The notes under the pieces are model-generated. The model was given only the letters and a program-made list of their open reading frames with translations. It searched no databases and was not told the origin of the DNA. This document shows, piece by piece, positions 40,085 through 51,670 of a DNA stretch of 64,000 nucleotides; positions within the stretch are counted from its first letter, which is position 1; each line of letters opens with the position of its first letter. This DNA comes from Bdellovibrionota bacterium (GTDB lineage Bacteria; Bdellovibrionota_C; UBA2361; CALJRW01), in the NCBI GenBank assembly GCA_041740355.1, contig JBGSMD010000002.1:18070-82069 (forward strand). Direction: 5' to 3'. The translations under genes and the position numbers were made by a program.

Positions 40085-42154
40085 GTGCCCAAAGTAAAAA
40101 CTAATCAGAAATTAAATAAAAGCAAAAAGGTTAGCCCACCTAAAAAAATCTCAACAAAACAAAGACAAGTAATCAGTAAAGTAGCTAAAATAAAAAAAGC
40201 TAAAGGTTCTGGTTCTGTTCAAAAAGCTCAAGATCAGAAAGCTAATCGTTCAAATAAACTAGATCAACTTGTAGCTCAGGCTAACGAAGATAATAAAAAT
40301 ATTTCTCTTACTGAAACTAAAGAGGCTATGCAAAAGTTAATTGTTGCTGGTCGAGAGAAAGGATCTCTTAGTATGAAAGAGATTGATAAATTACTTCCTG
40401 ATGATTTAGTTTCCAAAGACAACGTAGAAGAAGTTACTTCTATTTTTGATGACTATAATATTGATATTGTAGATAAGGAAGCTGAAGAACCAGCAACGGA
40501 CGATGAGGGACCATTCAATATCGATCAAGACATGGAAACTTCGGCCATTGGCAAAAGTAGCGATCCGGTCAGAATGTATTTACGTGAAATGGGTAATGTT
40601 AATCTTCTAACCAGAGAAGGTGAAGTTACAATTGCTAAGAAGATCGAAGAAGGTTTACTGACAGCCTCTGATGTTATTCTTCATCAACCAATAACGCTTA
40701 ATTACATTGTGGATCTGTTTGAAAAAGCAAAGCGCCAAGAAATCCGGATGCGTGATATTTTTGCAAATGAAACAGAAGAAGAAGGCGTTGAAGGTGCTTC
40801 GCCAGAAGGAGAAGACGATGCTGAAGATCCAGTAGCAGACGCCGACGATGATCCCAACATGTCCCGAGCCGAAACTCTAGCGATCGAAGAAGAGCAAGTA
40901 CGTAAGAAATTTTTAAAACTTGCTCCAACTTTCAAAAGAGCTTGGCTGGAACTGGAGAAGACTTACCAAGAGATTTGCAAGTTTAAAGGGACAAAGAATT
41001 CCCGAAAATTACCTGAATTAGAAAGGAAATATTACCGATCTCTAGATAAGATTGCAGTAAAGATTAAAGATCTTAATATCAGTGAACGTCAATACATTCA
41101 AATCTCGTCTTTGATCAAAGCAACTTACTCTGAATTTAGACTTTCTCAAAAAGAACTAATCAAGATTGAGAAAAAGTATGCTAGATCGCCGGAAGATCTT
41201 TTCTTATCACTAAAAGAACTTAACTCTACCAACCAAATTGATTTTAAAAGAGCTTGTCGCCGTTTAAAGCTAAAAGCGGAGAACGCACGAAAACTTGCTA
41301 CTAAAATTGAGGAGATTAAGGAGGTTTACGATCGAATCGAAGCAAAAACTTTAATGAATTTGGTCGAGTTTGCTACTCAAGTTAGAATTTTAAAAAGTTC
41401 TCAATTAAAAGCAGCTATTGCCAAACAAGAGTTAGTTGAAGCAAATTTAAGATTAGTAGTTTCGATTGCTAAAAAATATACCAACCGTGGCTTACAGTTT
41501 TTGGATTTAATCCAAGAAGGTAACATCGGATTAATGAAAGCGGTTGATAAGTTTGAGTACCAGCGTGGGTACAAATTTTCAACTTATGCCACTTGGTGGA
41601 TTCGTCAAGCAATCACTAGAGCAATCGCCGACCAAGCTAGGATTATCCGAATCCCAGTCCACATGATTGAAACAATCAATAAATTAGTTCGAACTTCCAG
41701 ACAGTTAGTTCATGAATTAGGTCGCGAACCTACTCCGGAAGAGATTGCCCAAAGAATGGATATTCCTACGGAAAAAGTTCGTAAGGTAATGAAGATTTCC
41801 AAAGAGCCAATCTCCTTGGAGACACCAATTGGGGAAGAAGATGACTCTTCCTTAGGTGATTTCATTGAGGATAAACGTTCAATTTCTCCGGCAACAGCAG
41901 TTGTTAACCTTAACTTACAAGAACAAACTCGTCGAGTATTATCTAGCCTTACCCCACGTGAGGAAAAAGTACTTAGAATGCGTTTTGGAATTGGAGAAAA
42001 GAGCGATCATACACTGGAAGAAGTTGGACAAAATTTTGATGTTACCCGTGAAAGGATTCGTCAAATTGAGGCTAAAGCCTTAAGAAAACTTCGCCATCCA
42101 ACTAGAAGCAAAAAGTTAAAAACTTTCTATGAAGAAGAAGAGAATAATAGCTAA
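40085..42154 (+). CDS. rpoD: RNA polymerase primary sigma factor
   Basis: [43 protein letters not shown]; AGGAG SD before GTG. Confidence 0.98.
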   Translation: MPKVKTNQKLNKSKKVSPPKKISTKQRQVISKVAKIKKAKGSGSVQKAQDQKANRSNKLDQLVAQANEDNKNISLTETKEAMQKLIVAGREKGSLSMKEIDKLLPDDLVSKDNVEEVTSIFDDYNIDIVDKEAEEPATDDEGPFNIDQDMETSAIGKSSDPVRMYLREMGNVNLLTREGEVTIAKKIEEGLLTASDVILHQPITLNYIVDLFEKAKRQEIRMRDIFANETEEEGVEGASPEGEDDAEDPVADADDDPNMSRAETLAIEEEQVRKKFLKLAPTFKRAWLELEKTYQEICKFKGTKNSRKLPELERKYYRSLDKIAVKIKDLNISERQYIQISSLIKATYSEFRLSQKELIKIEKKYARSPEDLFLSLKELNSTNQIDFKRACRRLKLKAENARKLATKIEEIKEVYDRIEAKTLMNLVEFATQVRILKSSQLKAAIAKQELVEANLRLVVSIAKKYTNRGLQFLDLIQEGNIGLMKAVDKFEYQRGYKFSTYATWWIRQAITRAIADQARIIRIPVHMIETINKLVRTSRQLVHELGREPTPEEIAQRMDIPTEKVRKVMKISKEPISLETPIGEEDDSSLGDFIEDKRSISPATAVVNLNLQEQTRRVLSSLTPREEKVLRMRFGIGEKSDHTLEEVGQNFDVTRERIRQIEAKALRKLRHPTRSKKLKTFYEEEENNS

Positions 42155-42695
42155 ACTTTTTCTGCTAACGCAGATTTGTAGCTTTTGGGCTTGTGGTTTA
42201 TACAAGGCTCCATTAGCACCTGAATACTTTGCACCACTAGAAGTAAACGAACTGTTAGTGGCTGCGGAAGATCAAAAAGTAATTATTACTTGGAGAGCGT
42301 CAGAGCAAGATCGTCGCAATGAAAATCTCAAACAGATCGATGGTTATCGAGTAGAAAGAAAAGGTCCGATTAAAGATACAAATAAAAAATCCGAATTTGA
42401 TTACGAGGAATTAACTTTTATTCCTGACCAGCATTTAGCTATTGAAAGGGAATTAAAAGATCAGGCTATCGAGAAAGGGGAAATCTCACGTAAGGTAAAA
42501 GCAGAAGATCGATATTACAGCTTTAGTTTTGAGGATTCTAAATTGGAAAAAGGAGCGACTTATTTTTATAAGATCACTCCTATAAATCAAGGTGATGTTA
42601 AGGGACAAGTGAAGCAACTAATAGTGATTGAGTTTAATGGTATCGAGAGTAAGGTTATCCTGATTGAGCCAGATATCGAAGAGCTGGAACAATAG
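42129..42695 (+). CDS. Putative lipoprotein with fibronectin type III-like fold
   Basis: WA-CG lipobox-like motif, ITW...GYRV...[14 protein letters not shown]. Confidence 0.6.
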   Translation: MKKKRIIAKLFLLTQICSFWACGLYKAPLAPEYFAPLEVNELLVAAEDQKVIITWRASEQDRRNENLKQIDGYRVERKGPIKDTNKKSEFDYEELTFIPDQHLAIERELKDQAIEKGEISRKVKAEDRYYSFSFEDSKLEKGATYFYKITPINQGDVKGQVKQLIVIEFNGIESKVILIEPDIEELEQ

Positions 42696-42869
42696 GAGTC
42701 TAAAAACCACCATTTCTCAATAAGCGTTTAGGATTTTTTAGAGGTCGAATTAAGAAATTTTGCCAAAACGTAGGTGTACCTTGTTCTCCTCCTTTGAAAA
42801 CGCCTATGATTAAAGTCAGCAATAGCAAAAATGCTTTGCATATCAAAAGGTGATAATTTATACAGCAGA

Positions 42870-42898
42870 CTGTCTCGACATAGCTTTAGCTACTGCAG
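42870..42898 (+). repeat. Family C REP-like motif (degenerate)
   Basis: ctgtctcgacatagctttagctac. Confidence 0.35.
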
Positions 42899-42998
42899 AA
42901 GTATTTTCTTAGTTTTTTTCTTTTGAAAACTGCCCAAGGCTAGACGGTTACACATTTTCACTCTTTAATAAATTAAAATTATAGGTTAGATTCATCTT

Positions 42999-43832
42999 AT
43001 GGCTATAAAAAGAGAACGTTCCAATTACCTAATTCAGTCTGTTAAGCATGCAACAGAAGTACTTGAAGCCTTAGCAAATGCCAAAGATGAAGTTGGTATT
43101 ACATCACTCTCTAAGCAACTAGGACTTCATAAAAATAATGTTTTTAGACTACTAGCAACTCTTAGCTTGCAAGGTTTAGTTCAACAAAATCCAAAATCAG
43201 AAGATTATTCGCTGGGACCTGCTTGCTTAAAGCTAGGCCAATCTTATCTTTTAAATAGTGATTTAATTTCTCGAATCAGACCATATATCCAAGAGTTAAA
43301 TGAAAATATTGATGAAACAGTTAGCTTTGCTAGATTAATCAATAATTTGGTTCATTTTCCAATTTCTATTTCATCTAAGTCGGCCGTTGCTGTTTCCCCT
43401 CGTGTTGCAAAATCACTAAAAGCAGAGAATTGTGCTGTTGGCCGTTTATTAATGTCCAAAGAATCTGATCTTAGTAACCAACGAGATAATAAGATTTTAA
43501 ATTTAAAAGATATCGAGCACTGCTCTGACTCAGGTCAACTTGATAAGGATGTCTTTACTGTTTGCATGATTGTTCGAGGTATTGCCAATGCCCCAATCGG
43601 CGCAATTGAGATTCAAGCACCAATGTATCGTGCAAGTCACGACTCAATTATGAAGCAATTAGATAAAACCGTTAAGGCGATTAACAATTGTTTTTCTGTG
43701 GATAATGTTGCTTCCAACTTAAAACTTAGCCAGCAAATCCAGACTGAGGTTCTTAAAAATCAGATAAACCCTCCGCAAATTTCCTCTGCGGAGGGCGAGC
43801 GTAATCTTGGCGTTAGACAAGTTACGCCGTAG
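42999..43832 (+). CDS. IclR-family transcriptional regulator
   Basis: IQSVKHA..LEAL, LGLHKNNVFRLL HTH, YSLG, ETV; shortened effector domain; C-terminus is repeat-derived. Confidence 0.85.
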   Translation: MAIKRERSNYLIQSVKHATEVLEALANAKDEVGITSLSKQLGLHKNNVFRLLATLSLQGLVQQNPKSEDYSLGPACLKLGQSYLLNSDLISRIRPYIQELNENIDETVSFARLINNLVHFPISISSKSAVAVSPRVAKSLKAENCAVGRLLMSKESDLSNQRDNKILNLKDIEHCSDSGQLDKDVFTVCMIVRGIANAPIGAIEIQAPMYRASHDSIMKQLDKTVKAINNCFSVDNVASNLKLSQQIQTEVLKNQINPPQISSAEGERNLGVRQVTP

Positions 43833-43937
43833 AAGAATAACCAATGCTCACCGCGGATTTGCCTCGGGTTTAGTATTATTTTCTACGGCAAAACCTGTTT
43901 TTTCATTTTTTATCAAAAAGAATAGGCGGTGAGTATA
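43763..43937 (+). repeat. Family B element copy with ~30-nt internal deletion
   Basis: Homologous to 22871-23074; overlaps the 3' ends of both flanking genes. Confidence 0.88.
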
Positions 43938-44856
43938 AATTCAGAGCAATCTGTAAACCTTTAGGTTCTTCTGGTAATCGATCTTTCAATACTAATTCGA
44001 TGATCTGCTTACCCAAGATCCTTTGATCGATTCCAATTACTTTCCAAAATCTATGATTAGTTAATTTGCGTTTATTCCGTAAGAAACGATTAATTTGACT
44101 TTGGTAACCAGAATTAATTAAAAAGTCTACTGTGATTAATGACTGGGCATAGGCTACTGGTATTATACTACTTGGAAGTCTTGTAAACCCTGACTGAAGT
44201 TTGTTAAAATCAATTAATTGCTTATCAGATAACCATTCAGTAAGAACAGATTTAAGTAAATGATGTTCCTGCTCTTCAATTAATTGAGCAATACCTTCAT
44301 CTAACCAACCAGGACAATTATTATTACTTAAACTTGCTGTCAGAGCATGAGCAAATTCATGGTTTAAAATCTTAAGTAAGTTAAACGGTGATTGCATCTC
44401 TTTAACTGGTATTAAAATTTGATTCTTGTAGTATAAAGCATTGGTCCACTGGGGAGCTCTAGTTATTTGATAAAATGTCTCAGGAGTAAGAAGTTTGATT
44501 TTGAGCTTGAATAACGGAACATCCCCAAATTGTGACTGATAACTAATTAACTGCTTTTCTAAATGTATCGGTAACAAGCTAGCCAAATTTTCGAAACTTG
44601 ATTGATAGCTAAGGCTGATTCTTGCTTGATTACTAAGCAAGAAGCTTTTTTTAAGTATCTTTAATTTTAATGGCCTAGTCGTATGATGTGATAAGTTAAC
44701 AGATCTTCCAATTGGAACTTCAGCTGTAACTATTAAATTAAAGGCAAAAAAGACCCCAAAAAAGAAAAGATAAAATGTGCTGTGCCTACAAAAGTGCGTT
44801 TGAACCATGAACAGATTTCGACAATTTGAACCAATTTCTTGAGCACTTATTGCCAA
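43903..44856 (-). CDS. Peptidase MA-like zinc metalloprotein
   Basis: HEFAH...PGWLDEGIAQ...AYAQS; start uncertain. Confidence 0.75.
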   Translation of the reverse strand: MAISAQEIGSNCRNLFMVQTHFCRHSTFYLFFFGVFFAFNLIVTAEVPIGRSVNLSHHTTRPLKLKILKKSFLLSNQARISLSYQSSFENLASLLPIHLEKQLISYQSQFGDVPLFKLKIKLLTPETFYQITRAPQWTNALYYKNQILIPVKEMQSPFNLLKILNHEFAHALTASLSNNNCPGWLDEGIAQLIEEQEHHLLKSVLTEWLSDKQLIDFNKLQSGFTRLPSSIIPVAYAQSLITVDFLINSGYQSQINRFLRNKRKLTNHRFWKVIGIDQRILGKQIIELVLKDRLPEEPKGLQIALNLYSPPILFDKK

Positions 44857-44926
44857 GTGAGGTAGATTTTCATATAATGGAAAGATAGATCCAAAGAGTT
44901 TAATTTAATAATTTTTGTATAAAGTC

Positions 44927-45301
44927 ATGGAAAATACCGCATCAAATAATAACGAAGAATTCAAGGCTAGTGATGAAATGCCAATAATGGTAACAGAAGC
45001 TGCTGTAAAAGCAGCACTTAATGCTATAAAAGAAGAAGGGGAAGAAGGCGATGGGCTGAGAGTTTCCGTCATGGGCGGAGGATGTTCGGGTCTGTCTTAT
45101 AACCTTGATTTTGATCAAGAAGAAAGAATGGGAGACCTGGTTCTAGAGTTTTCTGGATTAAAAGTTTACTTAGATGCTGCAAGCTTAAGTCACCTTAAAG
45201 GTACTACAATTGACTATGTCACAGGTTTAAATGGCGCAGGATTTAAATTTCACAACCCAAATGCCGTTCGTACATGTGGTTGCGGAAATTCTTTTAACTA
45301 A
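44927..45301 (+). CDS. Fe-S cluster A-type carrier (IscA/ErpA/HesB)
   Basis: GGGCSGLSY, NPNAVRTCGCGNSF. Confidence 0.93.
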   Translation: MENTASNNNEEFKASDEMPIMVTEAAVKAALNAIKEEGEEGDGLRVSVMGGGCSGLSYNLDFDQEERMGDLVLEFSGLKVYLDAASLSHLKGTTIDYVTGLNGAGFKFHNPNAVRTCGCGNSFN

Positions 45302-45333
45302 GACTCCTTAGCAATTCTAATTAACACAATATA

Positions 45334-45813
45334 ATGGTGCAAAGACTTTTTATTCTAACATTAGTCTTTGCACTTAGTTCCTGTTCATCATCTGCTAGCA
45401 AAGAGAATTCTTGGCATTATGCCGAACAAGTAAATGAAACCCTCAACGTAAAAGGCAAATCTTACCAAATTATAGATTCCGAAACCGAAAATCTTTTAGT
45501 AGTCAAAGCGACTAAAACAAGTTTTAAACTGGATCCATTGCAAGATACTCAAGCTTGGGAGAGGCTTTCATTCTATTATCAATTCTATTTAGCTTCTTCT
45601 CAAAATTTAAAAAAAGATCAATTAGAAGTAAAAAGCACCGAAGGAAACTTCGAATATTATATTTCCAGAAAGTATAACGAAGACTTGTCCGCTAATTATC
45701 TAATTAAAGTGATTGATCTGAGGATCAAACAGATAACTGAAGAGTCCAAATTAAAGGCTAAAAATCTTGCTCGCTTCCTTAAAGACGGAATATTGGATCA
45801 AAACCTTATTTAA
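45334..45813 (+). CDS. Hypothetical lipoprotein
   Basis: LSS-C lipobox after a hydrophobic signal; no recognised domain. Confidence 0.55.
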   Translation: MVQRLFILTLVFALSSCSSSASKENSWHYAEQVNETLNVKGKSYQIIDSETENLLVVKATKTSFKLDPLQDTQAWERLSFYYQFYLASSQNLKKDQLEVKSTEGNFEYYISRKYNEDLSANYLIKVIDLRIKQITEESKLKAKNLARFLKDGILDQNLI

Positions 45814-46116
45814 AGGTTTAAACACTCTAAATCAGCAATTCTTTTTTCTAAAATGTTCGTAAAATTACCCCAAATTAAGGCCTTAGAATATTTCTTTTTA
45901 TTTTGAATCCATTTCCAGTTCTTTGAATAGCAGTCGTAAGTGCCGGAAAATATTCATTTTTAGAGTATTAGCAAATCCTACATTAGTTTTTGATCCAAAA
46001 TAAAAATAATTATTCTAAAAAAGCCTAATCCTCGGGCATTTCTAATCCGATTATCTCTCCATGGCCCAAAGGGAGTTGTTCTGAGCCATTAAGGTTTTTG
46101 AACAAGGAGAGTTCAC

Positions 46117-48462
46117 ATGTTTTCACAAATTAAGAAATTAATTGGATTTGTAATCGGTTTTATTTTAATCGCCAGTAATCTTGCATTCACAGAAGGTCTA
46201 CAAGTTTTTAACGATGAATATGTAGTGGAAATAAATGAAGACAACTCAGAACTTCAGACCCAATCACAACGCACATTAAATATAAATAAAGAAAAGAAAA
46301 ACTTCGAAAGAATAGGTGCACGCTTAGAGAAAATTATTTCTAAAAAAAGTCGCTTACTAAGCAAGAATGGGCTTAACTTACGTAGCTTATCAAAAATTAA
46401 AAATTTCGATATTAACGATACTTATTGTGAGGAATTAATCGCCAGCAACTTAGTAACGTCTTGTAGTCCAAACTTTGTTATTAAAACACAAGCGGTTTCG
46501 AATGACCCAAGTTTTGAACAACTTTGGGGACTATCTTCAACCCAAGGCATTCGCGCTCCAGCGGCTTGGGACGTAACTAAAGGAACAGGAAATGTTGTAG
46601 TTGCAGTAATTGATAGTGGCGTCGATTACAATCATCCAGATTTAAAAGCAAATATGTGGGTTAACGATTCTGAAATTTCAGGAAATGGAATTGATGATGA
46701 TGATAATGGATACATCGATGATATTCATGGGATCTCAGCAATTACTTCCTCTGGCGATCCAATGGATCAAAATGGACATGGTACTCACGTAGCTGGAACA
46801 ATTGGCGCTAAAGGTAATAATGCTGTTGGAGTCGTTGGAGTTAACTGGAACGTGAAAATTATGGCTTTAAGATTCTTGGATCAAAATGGCTCTGGTAGCC
46901 TTTCAGATGCAATTGAAGCAATTAATTACATGACCGAGATGAAGAATAAAGGGGTTAATATCGTTGTTTCTAATAACTCTTGGGGGGGAATTGGATTTGT
47001 GCAAAGCTTACAAAACGCAATTGAAGCTAGCCTCAACGCTGGAATAATCTTTGTTGCTGCTGCCGGAAATTCTGCTAGTGATAACGATATCGCTCCATCG
47101 TATCCAGCAAGTTATGACCTACCAGGAATTGTTTCCGTTGCGGCAATTGATGCTAATCAAAATTTAGCAAACTTTTCTAACTATGGTCTACTAAGCGTTC
47201 ATTTAGCAGCACCTGGTGTTAACATTTACAGTACGTTTCCAGGTAACACTTATCGTTCAATGTCAGGCACATCAATGGCATCCCCACATGTTGCTGGTGC
47301 AATTGCCTTATTAAGAGCAATTGATAGTACTTCCAGTAATTCAGCAATCATTGATCGACTATACGAAACTGCTGAGCCTCTTCCTTCTGTTACAGGAGTA
47401 ACATACACAGGTCGTAAATTAAACTTAGAAAGATTAATTAAGAATGAAAGAACTCCATTTAATGCACCGACCGATGGAAGTGCTACATGTCAGTATACAG
47501 TTAATGAAACAACAGAAACTCCAAACTTAAGTGCTGATTTAAATCCAATCGTACTTAAAGCAGACGAGTATAGTTTTCATACTATCGATTTACCTTTTGA
47601 CTTTCCATATTACGGAACTAATTTAAGAAAAGTAATCGTTTCCCCTAATGGTGTTATTTATACCAAGACACAACCAGCGGGAAATGACTATTTAAATACT
47701 TTTACTGCTCCGCAAAACGCGATTGCTGCGTTACATACAGACTTAACAGCTGAGATTGACCCGAATGGTGTACGAGTCGCTGTTAATGCTAATGAAGCAG
47801 TTATTTACTGGAGAGTAAAACATTATCAAGGTCGTTTTCAAGGAGACATTCATGTTCGTACTGTTTTAAAATCAACAGGTGAGATCCAAACTTTTCTTGT
47901 GGCTGATGATGCCACAAGTTTAACATTTGCCCAAACAGCAACAATTGGAATTAAAGGTCAGACTAGTTCAGAAACAACTACCTACGCCAGTAAAGATGCT
48001 AGCTTAATTACAAATAACTTAGGAATTAGTTACATCCCAACTTGCACGACTCCAACCGTAACACCGCCAGTTCCAACTTCTAATGTAACAGGAATTAATG
48101 CCTATGCTATTAATGCCGGTGGACGTTATGTAAAAAGAGTTATACCGGGAAGTAACTTATACTTTAACTTCGATGGTCAAGGCACTGGAACTTTCCAGTT
48201 AAATATTGAACTTGGTGGTTTAAGTTGTACTGGAAGTAAGCAAGTTACAATTACAAATGGTGTGGGCCAATTAACGACCCAGACTGAAAGATTCTTGAAA
48301 AAGTATAAATCAATTAAATTTGAAGTGGGTAAAGCTAGTGAAAGACTACAAATAAAGAGAACTGTTGCAAATAAAACGAAACTAAGATCAACGACAAATT
48401 CTCCAAAGCAATTTCGTAGAATCGTTCAAAAGGATTGTCAAAGACTCTTAGGGCAATTATAG
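46117..48462 (+). CDS. Secreted subtilisin-like S8 serine protease with C-terminal extension
   Basis: VIDSG, HGTHVAG, AAAGN, GTSMASPH; LPFDFPYYG nidogen-like segment. Confidence 0.93.
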   Translation: MFSQIKKLIGFVIGFILIASNLAFTEGLQVFNDEYVVEINEDNSELQTQSQRTLNINKEKKNFERIGARLEKIISKKSRLLSKNGLNLRSLSKIKNFDINDTYCEELIASNLVTSCSPNFVIKTQAVSNDPSFEQLWGLSSTQGIRAPAAWDVTKGTGNVVVAVIDSGVDYNHPDLKANMWVNDSEISGNGIDDDDNGYIDDIHGISAITSSGDPMDQNGHGTHVAGTIGAKGNNAVGVVGVNWNVKIMALRFLDQNGSGSLSDAIEAINYMTEMKNKGVNIVVSNNSWGGIGFVQSLQNAIEASLNAGIIFVAAAGNSASDNDIAPSYPASYDLPGIVSVAAIDANQNLANFSNYGLLSVHLAAPGVNIYSTFPGNTYRSMSGTSMASPHVAGAIALLRAIDSTSSNSAIIDRLYETAEPLPSVTGVTYTGRKLNLERLIKNERTPFNAPTDGSATCQYTVNETTETPNLSADLNPIVLKADEYSFHTIDLPFDFPYYGTNLRKVIVSPNGVIYTKTQPAGNDYLNTFTAPQNAIAALHTDLTAEIDPNGVRVAVNANEAVIYWRVKHYQGRFQGDIHVRTVLKSTGEIQTFLVADDATSLTFAQTATIGIKGQTSSETTTYASKDASLITNNLGISYIPTCTTPTVTPPVPTSNVTGINAYAINAGGRYVKRVIPGSNLYFNFDGQGTGTFQLNIELGGLSCTGSKQVTITNGVGQLTTQTERFLKKYKSIKFEVGKASERLQIKRTVANKTKLRSTTNSPKQFRRIVQKDCQRLLGQL

Positions 48463-48491
48463 AAACCTACGGTAAATCTTGATTAAACATC

Positions 48492-48533
48492 GACCAGTCT
48501 TACTGCCAGTTTTGGTTAGGACTGGTCATTTTT
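48492..48533 (+). terminator. Intrinsic terminator-like hairpin after the S8 protease
   Basis: gaccagtctta/taggactggtc stem plus attttt. Confidence 0.6.
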
Positions 48534-49004
48534 GCCTCCCAAATTGAAACAAAATTCTTTATGTAAGGAACTCTAATTTTTAAAAACCTTCCTTACTAGA
48601 ACTGATTAAACCTGAATTCAAGATAAGATTTGTCACTTACTTCATATAGATTACTGTTCAATTATGTGAAGCAGCTTTTGGCGAGTCAGTTCTTTCAACT
48701 GCTTCGCTCTTCTGATTAATGGGGTATGATACTTTAGAGATTTGTATCAAGGAACAGTCTAACTTGAACTAACTTTAGGAGAGAATATGTTTAACTTGCC
48801 AATTTTTGATTAATTATGTAATAATATAGCATATTTAAACCCTATGCTGATTATTATTGAGTTTAATAAGTATAATAGCCAAGGTTTAATTTGTTTTTAC
48901 TGCGGGGGAAAATGACTCAGTCATGTTTTTTGCGCAACTAGCCGTTTCAATTATTTTTTTCTTAAATTAATTGACGCTGGATTTATATTTTATTTGTTAC
49001 GAAT

Positions 49005-49328
49005 ATGGCACGTATTACCGTTGAAGATTGTTTAGAAAAAGTATCAAATCGTTTTGTTTTATCTATTTTGACTGCAAAAAGAACCAAGCAATTGCTTTCT
49101 GGTGCAAAGGCAAAAATTACTGATGTTGAAAATAAAATGGCTGTTGTTGCTTTAAGAGAAATAGCAAATGGTGATGTTCGTGAAGCAACAGAAGAAGAAG
49201 CTGAACATATTGCCCAAGTTCAAGCATCAAAAAAAGCTCGTATTTTTCGTAGATCTGATGACGAAATAAATATTAGTGATGCTATCCCAACTTTTATCAA
49301 AGTAAGATCTGATTCTTCTTTAGACTAA
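49005..49328 (+). CDS. rpoZ: RNA polymerase omega subunit
   Basis: MARITVEDCL..NRF.L, ALREIA. Confidence 0.95.
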   Translation: MARITVEDCLEKVSNRFVLSILTAKRTKQLLSGAKAKITDVENKMAVVALREIANGDVREATEEEAEHIAQVQASKKARIFRRSDDEINISDAIPTFIKVRSDSSLD

Positions 49329-49492
49329 TTTCTCCGAAAACTAATCTTCTGATAAGAATTATTTTTTGGAATCTGGCACTTCATATTTTGAATTCCTAAT
49401 GTCTATGTTATGGATTGAAAATAACTATTATTGAATGCCAGTATTGTATCATGTTGGGAACGGTTGGAATCTTTACTTTCTATAAAATCTAA

Positions 49493-51670
49493 ATGCAATT
49501 TCAGGAGCTTGCTGAAAAAATAAAGTCCTACCACCCCAGTCCTGATCTCGAGCTATTGGAGAAAGCCTATAATTTTGCATTCAAAGCACATGAGACACAA
49601 GTTCGTGCAAGTGGCGAACCTTATTTCCTTCATGTCTTCGAAACAGCCATGCTGGCTTGTGAATTAAAGCTTGATACAGATTCTGTAGCAGCAGCTTTAC
49701 TTCATGACGTAATCGAAGATTGCTCAATTTGTGAAGAGGAATTGCTCAAGGCGTTTAATCCGGAAATATCTTTGATTGTTCAAGGTGTTAGCAAATTAAC
49801 TAATATTCGCTTTGACTCCAAGGAAACTAAACAAGCAGAAAACTTCCGTAAGATGTTAATTGCCATGGCGCAAGACGTGCGAGTGGTATTAGTTAAACTT
49901 TGCGATCGCCTACATAATATGCGGACGATTGGGCACTTACCAGATGTGAAACGTCATCGCATTGCTCTGGAGACTCAAGAGATTTATGCCCCAATTGCTA
50001 ATCGCTTAGGACTATATCCTGTAAAATCGGAGCTGGAAGATCTCTGTTTATTACATCTAAGACCAGAAATTTATCATCAAATCGATCAGAGTTTTGAACA
50101 GTCTAAACCTGAACGAACAAAGTTAATTAATAAAACAAGCGAAACAATCAAGAATGTTTTAGCAGAAGCTGGAGTCTCTGGTAAAATCTATGGTCGCTCT
50201 AAGCACTATTATTCAATCTGGCAAAAAATGGAACGTCAAGGAATTTCTTTTGAAGAAATTCATGATTTGCTAGCTTTTCGTGTGATTGTCCCAACACTTC
50301 GTGCTTGTTACGAAACTTTAGGAATTGTTCACTCTGCATGGAAACCAGTACCAGGTCTTTTTAAAGACTATATTGCGATGCCTAAACCTAATATGTATCA
50401 GTCTTTACATACAACTGTTGTAGGACTTGAAGGGCAACGAATTGAAATTCAAATGAGAACTCCAGAGATGCATCGTGTGGCGGAAGAAGGTGTTGCCGCG
50501 CATTGGCGCTACAAGGAAGGGGAGAACTCCAAGGGCTTTGATTTAAAATGGATTACCGATCTTGTTGATACTCAGGCTTATCTCAATAGCCCCGATGAAT
50601 TTATTCAATCAGTAAAAGCAGAACTTTTTCCAGATGATATTTTTGTTTTCACACCAAACGGCGATTTAATTCGCTTGCCTTTTGAATCCTGCCCAATTGA
50701 TTTTGCATTCTATGTCCACACTGATATTGGAAATACCACAACTGGTGCAAAAGTTAATGGACAGATGGTTCAGCTTAGTCACCAATTGAGCAATGGTGAT
50801 ACCGTTGAGATTATTACTAACCGCAATCAAAATCCACGTCGTGATTGGTTAAACTTTACAAAATCATCCAAAGCAAAACAAAAAATTCGGTCCTTCTTAA
50901 AATCTTCGGAAAGAGCACGTTCTTTGGCCTTCGGTACAGATTTAATCATGAAGGAATTAAAAATAATTGGACAAAACTTTAAGAAACTAGAGAAAGCAAA
51001 TAAATTTACCCAAGCGGCAAATGCCTTTGGATTTCAACATCAAAGTGATTTATTCGCAGAAATTGGTTATGGCAAAATAAAAGTAAAAGATGTCTTATTA
51101 AAGATTTTTCCACACTCTGAAGTTACTGATAAATTATCAATTGAAGAAGATGAGCAGGTTACTCCGCTTCAAAGAATCTTTCGTAAAGCTGCAACTTCAA
51201 AGAATTCTGCTCCGGTCAAAATTGCGGGAATGGATCAAGTGCTTGTTCGCTATGCTAGGTGTTGTGAGCCCTTATCTGGAGATCGAATTATCGGGTTTAT
51301 TACTAGAGGTCGGGGAGTTTCTATTCATCGAAAAGACTGTACTCAAATTATGAACTGCGATCCCCAAAGATTAATTCCTGTTCAATGGGAAACAGATGTT
51401 GAAGAACAGCGTAAAGTACGAATTACGTTAATCGCTAGTGATCGAACGGGTCTATTGGCCGCAGTTAGTACTGCAGTATCAAACTGTGGTGTTAGTATCT
51501 TATATTCTGATACTACAGTTCAACAAGAAACTCGCAAAGCGCTGATCAATTTTGAAATCATGGTTAATAATTCTGAACATTTAAATAAAATTAGACGAGC
51601 GATCGAAATGGTCCCAGGTGTCATTAAAGTTGAACGTGTAATTAGTAAGTCTAGTGATACTAATCAATGA
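49493..51670 (+). CDS. spoT: Bifunctional (p)ppGpp synthetase/hydrolase Rel/SpoT
   Basis: RASGEPY, LHDVIED, KPNMYQSLHT, TGS, ARCC, ACT. Confidence 0.95.
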   Translation: MQFQELAEKIKSYHPSPDLELLEKAYNFAFKAHETQVRASGEPYFLHVFETAMLACELKLDTDSVAAALLHDVIEDCSICEEELLKAFNPEISLIVQGVSKLTNIRFDSKETKQAENFRKMLIAMAQDVRVVLVKLCDRLHNMRTIGHLPDVKRHRIALETQEIYAPIANRLGLYPVKSELEDLCLLHLRPEIYHQIDQSFEQSKPERTKLINKTSETIKNVLAEAGVSGKIYGRSKHYYSIWQKMERQGISFEEIHDLLAFRVIVPTLRACYETLGIVHSAWKPVPGLFKDYIAMPKPNMYQSLHTTVVGLEGQRIEIQMRTPEMHRVAEEGVAAHWRYKEGENSKGFDLKWITDLVDTQAYLNSPDEFIQSVKAELFPDDIFVFTPNGDLIRLPFESCPIDFAFYVHTDIGNTTTGAKVNGQMVQLSHQLSNGDTVEIITNRNQNPRRDWLNFTKSSKAKQKIRSFLKSSERARSLAFGTDLIMKELKIIGQNFKKLEKANKFTQAANAFGFQHQSDLFAEIGYGKIKVKDVLLKIFPHSEVTDKLSIEEDEQVTPLQRIFRKAATSKNSAPVKIAGMDQVLVRYARCCEPLSGDRIIGFITRGRGVSIHRKDCTQIMNCDPQRLIPVQWETDVEEQRKVRITLIASDRTGLLAAVSTAVSNCGVSILYSDTTVQQETRKALINFEIMVNNSEHLNKIRRAIEMVPGVIKVERVISKSSDTNQ

